Assembly (NCBI GenBank): GCA_037308085.1
Contig: CP147779.1
Span: 2,080,001-2,144,000, forward strand
Length of the DNA stretch: 64,000 nucleotides
Source of the DNA: Promethearchaeati archaeon SRVP18_Atabeyarchaeia-1
GTDB taxonomy: Archaea; Asgardarchaeota; Atabeyarchaeia; Atabeyarchaeales; Atabeyarchaeaceae
Direction: 5' to 3'
Shown here: positions 48,545-58,549 of the stretch, piece by piece
Layout: every line of letters begins with the position of its first letter
How positions within the stretch are numbered: the stretch's first letter is position 1
Program-made: the position numbers and the translations under genes
The notes under the pieces: model-generated
What the model was told of the DNA's origin: nothing
The model's database searches: none
The model's input: only the letters and a program-made list of their open reading frames with translations

Positions 48545-49657
48545 ATGCCTAATCGCCGACCCTCGTACGACAGGAGAGTATCTAGAAAGACGGCCTTTGA
48601 GGCCTTATTTGGCGCCTTCAGGTCCCTGACCGAGGGTGGATCCCTCAGGCAAAGAATCGAATGGCTGGGCGAGTATCCCCTTCTAGCCATCGCTTCCCCA
48701 AGAGAAACACTTCATGCATTTCAGTCTCTGTGCAGTCCCTCGTTGGAAGACGGAGACGTATCTGGCGCTCCGGATCCAATGCTGTCTGCGATAATCGGGC
48801 GAGACCATGACTCAATTAGGCGATTACTTGAGGGGGAGCACTTCGTCGCATTCAGTTATCTGGAATCGAAGACGGGATCGCTGACAAAGAGATGCGAGAC
48901 TCTATCGGAACAGCAGCAAGCGATCAGAGAGCTTTTCAGAGAGAAGTATGGTTCAGGGCTTGCCACAGTCGTTAGAAGTGACAATCTGCACTCGAACGGA
49001 TATAACTCAATTAGAGAAAGTGTAACTAACCTAATTTCAGCCGATTTCTTCATGTCAAAAGGCTACATGACGCAAGGCGACACTGGGTCTGGGCCAGACG
49101 TAATAGTATTCAAGACTAGCCTAGTCAATGAACTTAGGGAACGGAGATTCATAGGAACAGGAGCAAGCATACTAGAGCTTGCAGCGATAAGAGCACTGGG
49201 CAAAGTGCATGAGACCTTCAAGGATGGTGCTGCAGAAGATGAGGTTATTGCAGTCGAGTCCGAATCCGTTAGTCCCCTGAAAGGAATAGGCCAGCTAGGG
49301 GGAGGATATGGCAGCAGGGCATTCGCTTACATGGGATTCTTTGATCGGAGAGTCCTTGCCGCGCCCTTCCTCAGCCAAGGCGCCGCGAATCTTGATATAC
49401 TGACCTATGGCCCACACGGCATAGAATATCGAGCAAGCGGCAAGACAAACCCTGCGTCCGATTTCTGGAAGAGCAAGAAAAGCGCATTCATAAGAGCCCT
49501 GCACGATTCGATGAAAGCGACGCTGCTGCTGAACCTCGACTTCGAGGAGATCTCCAGCATGATCTCTCGCCGACCGCCAACGGCGCGCCAAGTTCTCCGA
49601 GAGATGCCAACGTTGAAGCTGGAAAAGATCCTAGACAAGATTGAAAGCGCGATCTAG
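48545..49657 (+). CDS. Hypothetical protein, possible PD-(D/E)xK nuclease fold
   Basis: RESV...FFMSKGY...GPDVIVF...VIAVESES. Confidence 0.55.
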   Translation: MPNRRPSYDRRVSRKTAFEALFGAFRSLTEGGSLRQRIEWLGEYPLLAIASPRETLHAFQSLCSPSLEDGDVSGAPDPMLSAIIGRDHDSIRRLLEGEHFVAFSYLESKTGSLTKRCETLSEQQQAIRELFREKYGSGLATVVRSDNLHSNGYNSIRESVTNLISADFFMSKGYMTQGDTGSGPDVIVFKTSLVNELRERRFIGTGASILELAAIRALGKVHETFKDGAAEDEVIAVESESVSPLKGIGQLGGGYGSRAFAYMGFFDRRVLAAPFLSQGAANLDILTYGPHGIEYRASGKTNPASDFWKSKKSAFIRALHDSMKATLLLNLDFEEISSMISRRPPTARQVLREMPTLKLEKILDKIESAI

Positions 49658-49740
49658 ACAACAACTGAAATCCCAAACTCGTTTGAGACTTCTGACATCA
49701 AGAAGCAGCAGCATAGATGCGCTTTCGTAACCAGTGGGGG

Positions 49741-50223
49741 CTACTTCTTCTTTTCGGGCTGTTTCCCACTCATGTACTCTATGTCTATTCTGCCTATGAG
49801 CGCATCCTTTAGCTTCTCCGCGCTGAGCTTTGCTATCTGGGATTCAGGGTCCTTCTCGAGTTGCCTCATCATGCACCTCATAGCCATGACTTTCTCTTCT
49901 GGTTTGGAGATGAAGGATACCTTACCTGAGAAATGCACCGACGAGAAAAGGTGATTGCATTGCCCCTCGTCGTAGCCGTGGTCTATGAAGGACTGACCCC
50001 ATACCCTGTTGTTCGAATTAAGGTAGTCGATCTTCTTACCCTCCGCCGCACAGTGGAAGTAGATGCAGTTGTGTTTATCATCGTACCCGTGGCTCAGGGT
50101 CACAAGATACGGTTGATTATTTTTTGAGAGCGCGATGGTGATATATTTCGTGGACTTCAGTATTCTTCTCAGCTCACTCGCGTCCGTTATCTCCTTGTCT
50201 TTTCGCCTCATATGATATGTCAT
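49741..50223 (-). CDS. Pyridoxamine 5'-phosphate oxidase-like (NimA-type) flavin-binding protein
   Basis: MRRKDKEI, PYLVTL, IYFHCA.EGKKI, SVHFSG, MSGK. Confidence 0.88.
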   Translation of the reverse strand: MTYHMRRKDKEITDASELRRILKSTKYITIALSKNNQPYLVTLSHGYDDKHNCIYFHCAAEGKKIDYLNSNNRVWGQSFIDHGYDEGQCNHLFSSVHFSGKVSFISKPEEKVMAMRCMMRQLEKDPESQIAKLSAEKLKDALIGRIDIEYMSGKQPEKKK

Positions 50224-50555
50224 TACTCTTCAACTCCAGGCAAAACCCACTGACTTGAGGCTCTGCCACTCATCTCATTCTTCTCACGGTGAGCATTCAA
50301 ACGCAAAGATGCCAGCACCGACGAATCGTCAGGATGCGTTTTGCATGACAAACGTGAGACGGTGTCTCAACTAATTGAAGTTCTACTGGGCACAAACTTA
50401 TAAGCGCATCCTGCAAACGCCAGCAAATGCGATAATACTCAGATCGCATGCTACGTGGGCCCATGCCCGATTCTCGACTTATGGTAAGTGTTAAATCTCC
50501 AAACCCAGCATCATAAACCCATCTCAACTGTGGGAAACCTGAGGGTGAGGAGAGA

Positions 50556-53234
50556 GTGAAAAAGGAACTGGCAGGACTGGTTATTGCCGGTGTTTTCGTA
50601 GTAGCCTTCTTGGCGCCGATACCAAGTCTCTATAGCCCTTCGTCACTTCTGGGCTTGTCCAATCCAATGACTGGTGTCTGGGGGAGCATAGACACAGCCA
50701 GATACCCAGAGCACGATACGATAATGATTCCAGGGATGCAGCAAAACGCAACTGTCCTAATCGACAATTACGGAGTTCCGCACATATTCACACAATCGGA
50801 GAAGGACTTGGCATATGTCATGGGGTACCTGCACGCGCACGACAGGCTCTTCCAGATGGATATCCAGAGGAGATTGGTTGAAGGCAGGCTTTCTGAGGTA
50901 CTCGGCTCGATCACGTACGACATCGACGCTCTCTACAGGACTCTGGGACTCTACAGGGGCGCTGAAAAGATCATAGATGTCTTAGAGAACATTTCTCGAG
51001 GGATACCAGTCACCTATTACCCACAGATGGACGTTTCGCTTATTAGGAGCGACGCCGCGAAAGTCCTTGGCCTTGCCCAAGCGTACTGCGTGGGAGTGAA
51101 CTATGCGATCCAATGGATGGAAAGTAGAGGCGCTCTGCCGATCGAGTTCAAGCTGCTGAAGTATTCGCCAGAGCTTTGGACAGTGCAGAACATCTTTGAA
51201 ATGGATAGGCTAATGACCTGGGGCCTCACTGGCGGATTCTATGATCTTAGCTTGTACATGATCCAGCAGGGTCTCGTTGGAAGATATGGAGTGCTAAATG
51301 GAACGAAGTACCTCCTTGAGTACTTCCCGATCGATAGGAAGATTGACCACTTCATAGTCCCAGATGGCGTGAATTGCTCATACAGTGTAAGTCCGAGTGA
51401 CCCTCCAGCTGCTCTGAGTTCTGCAGCATTATCGGCCAATGTTGACTTCAAGGGTCTAAGTGAGATTATCGCTTGGGCTAGAAGCGCGGATCCGATGATG
51501 GCGCCGATAAAATCCATGATTGGATCGAATGACTGGGTCGTTGGCGGCAACCTAACCAACACTGGGAAACCAATCTTGTGCGATGATCCGCACCTGGGAT
51601 TGTCAAGCCCTCCAGTCTGGTACGAGATTCAGTACGTCACGCAGTCACCTGACATCGGTACTATCAACGCAAGAGGCGTCTCATTGCCGGGCATCGGATT
51701 CATAGTTATTGGTTCAAACCAGTACGTCGGATGGGGGTTCACCAACGTGATGGCTGACCACATTGACTTCTACGGCTACAACTGGAACGGTGCAGGCCAA
51801 TACCTGTACAAGGGCGTTTGGAGAGACGTTGAACAGGCCCCGATGCAGATTCTCGTAAAGACTGATGGCGGAGTTGTAAGTCGCACATTCCTGCTGAACT
51901 TCACCGTTCATGGACCCGTTGTTGAGCAGGGAGGGCAGAAGTTCGCGATGTGCTGGATGGGTGAGAGATACGGCTCGACAGAAGGCATCGCGATGATGAA
52001 GTACATCCACTCAAAGAATGCGCATGACTTCTTGAAGGCAACCTACTACTTCCAGATGCCTCCACAGAACCATGTCTTCGCGGACATATACGGCGACTTC
52101 GGTTGGCGTGCAGTCGGATGGTACCCGAATAGGACCCACCCTAACGGCTTGATGGCGATTAACGCGTCTAACCCCATGACGGCATTGACGAACAGGCTAC
52201 CTCTCAATGGAAGCGCCGCCGACGTAGTAGAGTGGAACGTAAGTCACTGGATTGACGCAAACCAAGCGCCTACCCTATGGGACCCGACTCAGGGCTACGT
52301 CGTTACCGCGAACAATAGACCCGTCAATAGCTCGTACCCGCTAATCTACGACATTGCCTGGGGGTTCGCAGACTATTACAGGTCATACAGAATAGACCAG
52401 CTCATTAACCAGACGGTAAAGAATAAGGGAAGCGTTTCGGTCGATGACATGAAGAAAATCCAGAACGATGTCCTTCTCGTGCCTGCATCGACTCTAGTTC
52501 CCAAGATACTTGATGCGTATTCAGGCGGTGCCAGCGGAGACATTCAAACTGCGCTCAACTACCTCAGCACTTGGAACTACACGATGCTTCCTGATCTCGT
52601 TGCTCCAACGATCTTCGCCGAGTGGCTTCCGATCTTCAAGGACATGACCTTCGCCGACGAGTTTATAGACATAAACCAGACGGTTCCTGGCTTCTTCATC
52701 ACTAGAAGCGACCTCGACAACATTGTAGACTCGCTCCCTACAAGCAGCATAGAAGCGCTCACGCTATTTGATCCCAACAACCACTGGTTCAACAATGCGC
52801 TAACACACTCGACGCAGAATTCTACATTAGTCATACGCGCCAGCTTAGACAAGACCATTCAAGTCATGAAAGGCAAATACGGGAACGACATGAGCCAATG
52901 GAAATTCTCAACCAAACACACGCTGCAGATCAAGCACCAACTGCTGAGCATGTTCGACTACCCGTACTGGAGCGCTCGAGGTTGGAGTGACTGTGTGGAC
53001 AATATAGCGAGCACTGGTGCACACGGACCGTCTTGGAGAGAGATACTAAACTACGCGAATCTCAACCAGAGCTTCTGCGTACTCCCAGGTGGCCAGTCAG
53101 GCAGCCCCTTCAGCCTGCATTACTATGACCAGCTCCATATGTGGGTCAATGGGCAATACAAGCCGATGGCCTTCCCGGCGACTCGTGATGGCGTGGCGAA
53201 CGTGGAAAGCGTACTCGACTTCGTTGCGAGGTGA
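50556..53234 (+). CDS. Penicillin acylase family (S45 Ntn-hydrolase), secreted
   Basis: DNYGVPHI, HAHDRLFQMD, GSNDW nucleophile Ser, DDPHL, TVHGP, TANN, PGGQSG; many N-glycosylation sequons. Confidence 0.92.
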   Translation: MKKELAGLVIAGVFVVAFLAPIPSLYSPSSLLGLSNPMTGVWGSIDTARYPEHDTIMIPGMQQNATVLIDNYGVPHIFTQSEKDLAYVMGYLHAHDRLFQMDIQRRLVEGRLSEVLGSITYDIDALYRTLGLYRGAEKIIDVLENISRGIPVTYYPQMDVSLIRSDAAKVLGLAQAYCVGVNYAIQWMESRGALPIEFKLLKYSPELWTVQNIFEMDRLMTWGLTGGFYDLSLYMIQQGLVGRYGVLNGTKYLLEYFPIDRKIDHFIVPDGVNCSYSVSPSDPPAALSSAALSANVDFKGLSEIIAWARSADPMMAPIKSMIGSNDWVVGGNLTNTGKPILCDDPHLGLSSPPVWYEIQYVTQSPDIGTINARGVSLPGIGFIVIGSNQYVGWGFTNVMADHIDFYGYNWNGAGQYLYKGVWRDVEQAPMQILVKTDGGVVSRTFLLNFTVHGPVVEQGGQKFAMCWMGERYGSTEGIAMMKYIHSKNAHDFLKATYYFQMPPQNHVFADIYGDFGWRAVGWYPNRTHPNGLMAINASNPMTALTNRLPLNGSAADVVEWNVSHWIDANQAPTLWDPTQGYVVTANNRPVNSSYPLIYDIAWGFADYYRSYRIDQLINQTVKNKGSVSVDDMKKIQNDVLLVPASTLVPKILDAYSGGASGDIQTALNYLSTWNYTMLPDLVAPTIFAEWLPIFKDMTFADEFIDINQTVPGFFITRSDLDNIVDSLPTSSIEALTLFDPNNHWFNNALTHSTQNSTLVIRASLDKTIQVMKGKYGNDMSQWKFSTKHTLQIKHQLLSMFDYPYWSARGWSDCVDNIASTGAHGPSWREILNYANLNQSFCVLPGGQSGSPFSLHYYDQLHMWVNGQYKPMAFPATRDGVANVESVLDFVAR

Positions 53235-53238
53235 TCAA

Positions 53239-53607
53239 GTGAAAATCGAACAGCTTAATCTCCCGCCATGCTTACTAATAACTTTCCTCGGGGCGACGCT
53301 GGTTCAGGCAACAATGATATGGCAATTGATAGTGGTTGCTGGCGTCGTCGGTGGAATGCTAGCGAAAGACTTCAAAACCGCCATTCTGTCAGGGGTTCTA
53401 GGATTCATTTCAACTTGGTTGTTGTTTCTTGGGCTCATTGATTTATCAGCGCCCGGCAGTTTTGGGTTGGCTTTCTCTTTCTTCTCAATGTTCTTCGTCA
53501 TCGGGGTCGTCCTCATAGCAATCTTTGGGGCCGCAAGTGCGTCGTTAGGCTACTTCTTGATGAGAGTAATAGGTGAAGCGAGGTCGACGAACAAGAGGAA
53601 AAGGTGA
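53239..53607 (+). CDS. Small multi-TM protein coupled to the acylase gene
   Basis: GAGGTGA SD overlapping the acylase stop, GTG 53239; 3-4 TM helices. Confidence 0.6.
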   Translation: MKIEQLNLPPCLLITFLGATLVQATMIWQLIVVAGVVGGMLAKDFKTAILSGVLGFISTWLLFLGLIDLSAPGSFGLAFSFFSMFFVIGVVLIAIFGAASASLGYFLMRVIGEARSTNKRKR

Positions 53608-53705
53608 AACACGACCTCCCTCTCTTTTGTTAATGAGGCGTTACCGAGTCGTGTTCGCATCTTCACCACGGAACCCTTACTGGCAAAGGCTGGCAGCATC
53701 CGTCA

Positions 53706-54551
53706 CTATATCGCGCTGATCCCGAGTAATATCGAAGCAGTAACAGCAATCGATATTATGGCAATGGTCTCCAGAAGAGTCACTTTCCAGTGAACCTTTG
53801 TTATCCTGGAGCGATAGCGGACCAAGAAAATGCCCACCACAGCTCCGACTATGCAAAGGGATGCAAAGAGACGGTAAGGATCCGGCAGCGTCAAATAAAC
53901 GACTATGGGCATGAAGCCAGCAACAAAGGTCGTCGTGCCGCACAGTACGGCTGCCAGAAGGTTCGAACGGCTTATCTCCTTGTGTAAGAGATCAAATAGC
54001 TCTTTGACCAACCTGAGCGACCGATCCCGCTTGTCAATGTCAGGAATTCCGTGCAGGCTATAGTTAACCAGATTTCGTAGAGTTATCATATCAGCTATGT
54101 CCTCGGTTATTCCGCCAAGCAGAAAGCTGGAAAAGTTCGTTATAGCAACAGAGGCGAGAGTCAGAAATGCAGCAAAAACAGCAACACCGGTATGTAGGTT
54201 TGCGATGAAAGCAGATAGAATAACAACCAGCCCTGTAATTGAGCCATCAGTCAGACCTGCAACGACTTCTATGATGGGTTGCTTCTTTAATAGAAGGCTT
54301 CGCCAGTCACTACCCAGCTTGGCGCCCTTTTCGGTCAGCCTACTAATTCCGTCATGGTGGCGGATTAATCCCTCATGTTCCATGGAATCAAGAGCCCTGT
54401 CGACATCCCTCGTCTCAACACACACGTGATTCGCGCAGATTCTGTCGACTCTCTGCTTCAGCTGGGTTGTCTGGATCTTCTCATCCTTGCCTATGTTAAT
54501 CAACGTTATTATCTTGATGACATCTATCAGATCACGGATCGCAATCGACAT
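53706..54551 (-). CDS. VIT1/CCC1-like membrane domain fused to an N-terminal winged helix
   Basis: VDRALDSMEHEGLI....RLTEKGAKL wHTH; EVVAGLTDGSITGL VIT1-like TM1; about 5 TM helices. Confidence 0.65.
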   Translation of the reverse strand: MSIAIRDLIDVIKIITLINIGKDEKIQTTQLKQRVDRICANHVCVETRDVDRALDSMEHEGLIRHHDGISRLTEKGAKLGSDWRSLLLKKQPIIEVVAGLTDGSITGLVVILSAFIANLHTGVAVFAAFLTLASVAITNFSSFLLGGITEDIADMITLRNLVNYSLHGIPDIDKRDRSLRLVKELFDLLHKEISRSNLLAAVLCGTTTFVAGFMPIVVYLTLPDPYRLFASLCIVGAVVGIFLVRYRSRITKVHWKVTLLETIAIISIAVTASILLGISAI

Positions 54552-54654
54552 GACAGAGCGGCACCTATTTAGCTCACACAGACAGATCGGGACTAATAAA
54601 TATTGTCAACCAGAATGTGATTTCTCGGTTTCTGAAAGCGCTCTTTCTCGAGAG

Positions 54655-55065
54655 TCATTTCTTAAAGTATTCCCTCAGCGGTTTCCAATAGAAATCCGTC
54701 CAACCCTGCTTGTAGTCATCAGCCTGCTCCGCTGGGACATTCGAATGAACCATCGAGAGTTGCGTTCCGCCCTTGACTTTCTTGAGGGTCAGCTCTAGCT
54801 TCGAAGCCGGATACCCCTCTGGCCATTCAGTAGTCATCCACTCCTGCACTATCCGCTTTCCCGTCTCCAACACCAAGTTCTTTCCAAATATGTATCCATC
54901 CCAAGCAGTGAACTCTCCTCCAACCTTGCCGCTACCGGTCGCCTTGCTACCAGTGAATGCGCTGTGCTTCTTGGGATCCACGTAAGCGTCGTAGATCTCT
55001 TCAGGTTCCGCTGGAATAATCACCTCATCACGTATTGTCGTCAACTCCAAGCCTAAACCCTCCAT
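54655..55065 (-). CDS. SRPBCC/AHSA1 (START-like) domain protein
   Basis: PEEIYDAY, GGEFTAWDG, RIVQEW, GWTDFYW. Confidence 0.88.
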   Translation of the reverse strand: MEGLGLELTTIRDEVIIPAEPEEIYDAYVDPKKHSAFTGSKATGSGKVGGEFTAWDGYIFGKNLVLETGKRIVQEWMTTEWPEGYPASKLELTLKKVKGGTQLSMVHSNVPAEQADDYKQGWTDFYWKPLREYFKK

Positions 55066-55114
55066 TCAACGGGGATATATGTCCAGTACCTTTCTTTTCT
55101 TCTCTAGACTAACT

Positions 55115-55847
55115 GGATCTGTTACCTCTGCGGTTGGTGAGTTTAAATGGGATTTTTGGCTTATTTAGTTTTATGCAGGCAGTTAAAGCGGTGCAGGTAC
55201 CATACGAGCCTACAAGTGGTGTTCTCAGCCTCCTTGAAACCTTCAGAACCATGGTTAACCACTGCATCCGCGTCGGCCTGGAGAGGAATGCAACTTCCAG
55301 GCTCAGGCTGCAGAGCGAGACGTACCACCAGCTAAGCGGCTTCGGTCTCCACACCTGGTAAAGCCTCTCAGCCATCGAGGCTGCCACCGCCATCCTGAAG
55401 AACTACCGGAAAGCGAAAAGAAGGCGGCAGAACATTCGAGTGCCGAGGGCCAAGAAACTCACGGCCAAACTGGGAAACCAAGGCTAAAAAGTCGTTGATG
55501 GCAGACTGGGAATTCCGATCAAGCCCAGAGAGTACTTCTACGTTCCCCTGCATAAGAGGGCTGCGCAGTTCCTATCGGATGCCGCGCCCAAGTTGGGCTC
55601 AGTGACCTTGACTGCCTGCACGGTTTCAGTGGTTTTCTCAAAGACCCGAAAGCAAGAACCCTGGAATGCTGCGGGATAGGCCGCCACGTAAATGCCTGCT
55701 TGAACATGCTGAAAGCCCAAGATGAAAGCCTGCGGTTCAGGCTGGATCGCTCCGCACATGTAGCCGTGATTAGTCCCCTAAGCAAGGCTATGAGCCAAAG
55801 CGGAGAAGTTAACCAAACCGGTTATCAACCGCAGAGGTAACAGAACC
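55115..55847 (+). mobile_element. Non-autonomous element with terminal inverted repeats carrying a decayed tnpB
   Basis: Perfect 19-bp IR TCTGTTACCTCTGCGGTTG (55118-55136) / CAACCGCAGAGGTAACAGA (55826-55844), extending to GG..CC termini. Confidence 0.75.
55173..55840 (+). pseudogene. tnpB: tnpB (RNA-guided nuclease) pseudogene with nonsense codons and an internal deletion
   Basis: LLETFRTMVNHCIRVG...AATAILKNYRK...LGSVTLT; stops at 55359, 55485, 55677; resumes in another frame at RuvC-III-like RHVNACLNML. Confidence 0.78.
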
Positions 55848-56062
55848 TCAAAGCCATTCGAGTTAGCCTAAGGTTTTGGTAGAGATCGCTGGAGATCTAC
55901 CTGATATTAATGGCTGGTGGGAGGCTAGTAGAGAACCAACTGAGAGGAACAGGCAGGTCTGAGGCGGGAGATTGATTGCAGGTGGTACAACAGGATCGGT
56001 ACCCTCATCGTCCCCGACCCAACTCTAAGTGGGAACATGGGAAGGAGAGATATCAATGGTTC

Positions 56063-57235
56063 TCAGAGTTCAGACTCTGGGAACTGTATTCGCTGGAAGT
56101 ACTTCTTCATGTGCTCCCTATCCAGTTCGAATTCCTTTGTCTTGATGAATTGCCTTTCAAGGTGCTCGAGTGCCAAGTGGAAGGCTTCGTCCAAGTTGTA
56201 GCTGTCGCTTGCGCTATAGAAGTTGCCGTTCTTCGCCCTGAGCTGAAGCTTGACGTGGATGAGTTGATCGCCTTTGTGGGTCTTCCCATGCGTCTTGATG
56301 TACACGAAGAGAGTCCCGGATTCGAGTAGAGGCTGGTATCTCTCTGAGAAGGTCTTGAAGTCCCTCACCAAGTACTCCCTTTGGAAGTCATCCAGCTGAA
56401 CTTCCTTTGCAGCGAATTGCACGTTGACCGTTTTTTCCGCCATTTCCCTCTGCGCGAGCGGTTCAAGAAAGTCCCGTTTCGTAACAATTCCAATCGGATA
56501 GTCATCAACTACGACAACCAGCGAGTGCACATTGTTCTTGTGCATGAGTTGCTCTGCGTCCTTCAAGGTTGCCTGGGGGGACACTGTGATTACGGGGGAA
56601 GACATTATCTCCTTTGCTGATCCGCCTAGGGTCTTAGACCGTTCAGCGCTGACACCGCTCTTCCTCGGGCGCTCCAAAGGCTTAAAGATATGCTCAATAA
56701 AGTCCGCGACACTTACCATCCCAACGAGTCTTCCTTTGTTCATCACGAGTGCATGTGAGATGTCATGATCCCTGAAGAGCGTCAAGATGGATGCGACAGA
56801 GTCATCCTCATCGACGAAATAGGGCTTCCTAGTCATTATATACTGGACGTCACTGTTGCCCCATTCGTCCATGACGGCAGAGTGAATAACCTGCTCATCA
56901 CTAACGAATCCCAAGAGCTTCTCGCCCTTGAAAACCGGAAGTTGCCTTATGTTACTCTCGATCATCATCTTCGCTGCTTTGCTTATAGGGTCTCGAGGCT
57001 CAAGAGTCGGGGCTGACCGCATGAGTACCTGAACCTTCGCCGTCGAGAGGTCAAGCCCAGACCTTCTTACCCAGCGCTCAGCCAGTACGCCCTTATACTT
57101 CCCTTCCTTGTCTAGGACGGCAAGTACTGGTGACTTTTCCTTCTCTAGAAGCTCGAGACACTTTGAAAGCATATCATTCTCATGGACGCTTGCGTAGGTC
57201 TTCGAATATATCTCTTCAACTGTCTTTGGCGCCAT
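56063..57235 (-). CDS. 4xCBS-domain protein with a C-terminal HPF/RaiA-like domain (ribosome hibernation factor candidate)
   Basis: Four CBS repeats; C-terminal IHVKLQL...FYSASDSYNLDEAFHLALEHLERQFIK. Confidence 0.78.
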   Translation of the reverse strand: MAPKTVEEIYSKTYASVHENDMLSKCLELLEKEKSPVLAVLDKEGKYKGVLAERWVRRSGLDLSTAKVQVLMRSAPTLEPRDPISKAAKMMIESNIRQLPVFKGEKLLGFVSDEQVIHSAVMDEWGNSDVQYIMTRKPYFVDEDDSVASILTLFRDHDISHALVMNKGRLVGMVSVADFIEHIFKPLERPRKSGVSAERSKTLGGSAKEIMSSPVITVSPQATLKDAEQLMHKNNVHSLVVVVDDYPIGIVTKRDFLEPLAQREMAEKTVNVQFAAKEVQLDDFQREYLVRDFKTFSERYQPLLESGTLFVYIKTHGKTHKGDQLIHVKLQLRAKNGNFYSASDSYNLDEAFHLALEHLERQFIKTKEFELDREHMKKYFQRIQFPESEL

Positions 57236-57372
57236 TGTTCCATCTCCTTTCCTCCTCCATACTCACGATCTGATTTAAGGATTTTCATCAAGCCGTATGC
57301 ACATGACAGTACGGGCAGAAAGTCTTTATCCCAAACGAACTATTCAATACTTGGCTTGAGGAGGCACCGCAG

Positions 57373-58509
57373 ATGAGCTCCCAGATCGCTGAGTCAATCG
57401 TCAATACGCTGAGAGCAGCTAACATAAGCTTCTTCGCCATGTTTCCATGCGAAAAAGTGAGGCGCCTATATGACCTAGTAGGAAAGCAGTTCAGGCATGT
57501 TGCGGTCTCCAGAGAGGAGGAAGGGGTTGGGATGTGTGCTGGCGCGTATCTCGCTGGCGCGAAACCAGCCATGCTTGTCCAGAGTTCTGGCATAGGCAAC
57601 ATGATTAATGCCCTCTGCTCCCTGACGATGGTCTACAAGTTGCCCCTCTTGATCCTGGTCAGCTGGAGAGGAGTCTACAAGGAGAGAATACCAGCCCAGA
57701 TTCCGCTGGGAAGAAGCCTCCCAAAGCTTCTAGAGGCGTTGGGCATCAAGTACACTGCTGTAAGAAGGAAGGGGGACATCGCCCCGATATCAAAGTCTGT
57801 TGCCGAAACCTATTCGAGAAGCAGGATCCATGCGCTCCTACTCAGCCCCTCAATATGGGAAGAGGAGGCCAGCGCCTCTCAGAGCGTAGCCGACACAGAG
57901 ACTCATCCAGACTTTAAGCGTTCAAAGCCCGATGGAAATGATACTACTTATGGTGCGCTTACCCGATTCGAGGTGCTCAAGACTATCGCACCTTACCTCG
58001 AGAACAAAGTAGTAGTCTGCAACCTCGGCATCCCAAGCAAGGAACTCTACTCGATAAAACATCAGAAATCCAATTTCTACATGCTTGGAAGCATGGGACT
58101 AGCATCATCAATAGGACTCGGAATCTCGTTGTTCACATCAAAACAGGTTGTCGTCATCGAGGGAGATGGAAGCCTACTAATGAACTTGGGTGCGCTCTCG
58201 ACAATAGCGACTGCTCGGCCGCCGAATCTAACAATTCTCGCGATAGATAACGGCGTACATGGATCGACCGGGAACCAGCCAACCGCTACAAGCCTTTGCG
58301 TCGATCTGGAAGTCGCTGCCAAGGGGCTTGGCATAGAGAAGACTTCAAAGGCTGCAAGTCGGGAGCAAATACTCTCGGCAATTCAGAGCCTAGATGAAGG
58401 ACCAAACTTTGTGCATATACTTGCCAGACCCGGGAACTCCAATGTAAGTGATATCCCGCTCTCTCCCCTCGATATAAAGAAGAACATAATGGAATCGTTG
58501 AGGAGATAG
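57373..58509 (+). CDS. comDE: Fused ThDP-dependent sulfopyruvate decarboxylase alpha+beta (or phosphonopyruvate decarboxylase-like)
   Basis: SREEEGVGMCAGAYLAG, QSSGIGN, SWRG, NLGIPSKEL, FYMLGSMG, EGDGSLLMN, DNGVHGSTGNQPT. Confidence 0.82.
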   Translation: MSSQIAESIVNTLRAANISFFAMFPCEKVRRLYDLVGKQFRHVAVSREEEGVGMCAGAYLAGAKPAMLVQSSGIGNMINALCSLTMVYKLPLLILVSWRGVYKERIPAQIPLGRSLPKLLEALGIKYTAVRRKGDIAPISKSVAETYSRSRIHALLLSPSIWEEEASASQSVADTETHPDFKRSKPDGNDTTYGALTRFEVLKTIAPYLENKVVVCNLGIPSKELYSIKHQKSNFYMLGSMGLASSIGLGISLFTSKQVVVIEGDGSLLMNLGALSTIATARPPNLTILAIDNGVHGSTGNQPTATSLCVDLEVAAKGLGIEKTSKAASREQILSAIQSLDEGPNFVHILARPGNSNVSDIPLSPLDIKKNIMESLRR

Positions 58510-58549
58510 GGTCCTGGACTCCTTGGGAAGCGCAAAAACAGAGACATAA

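Noticed and set aside
55100-55860. Target-site duplication around the TIR element
   Set aside because: The flanks do not match
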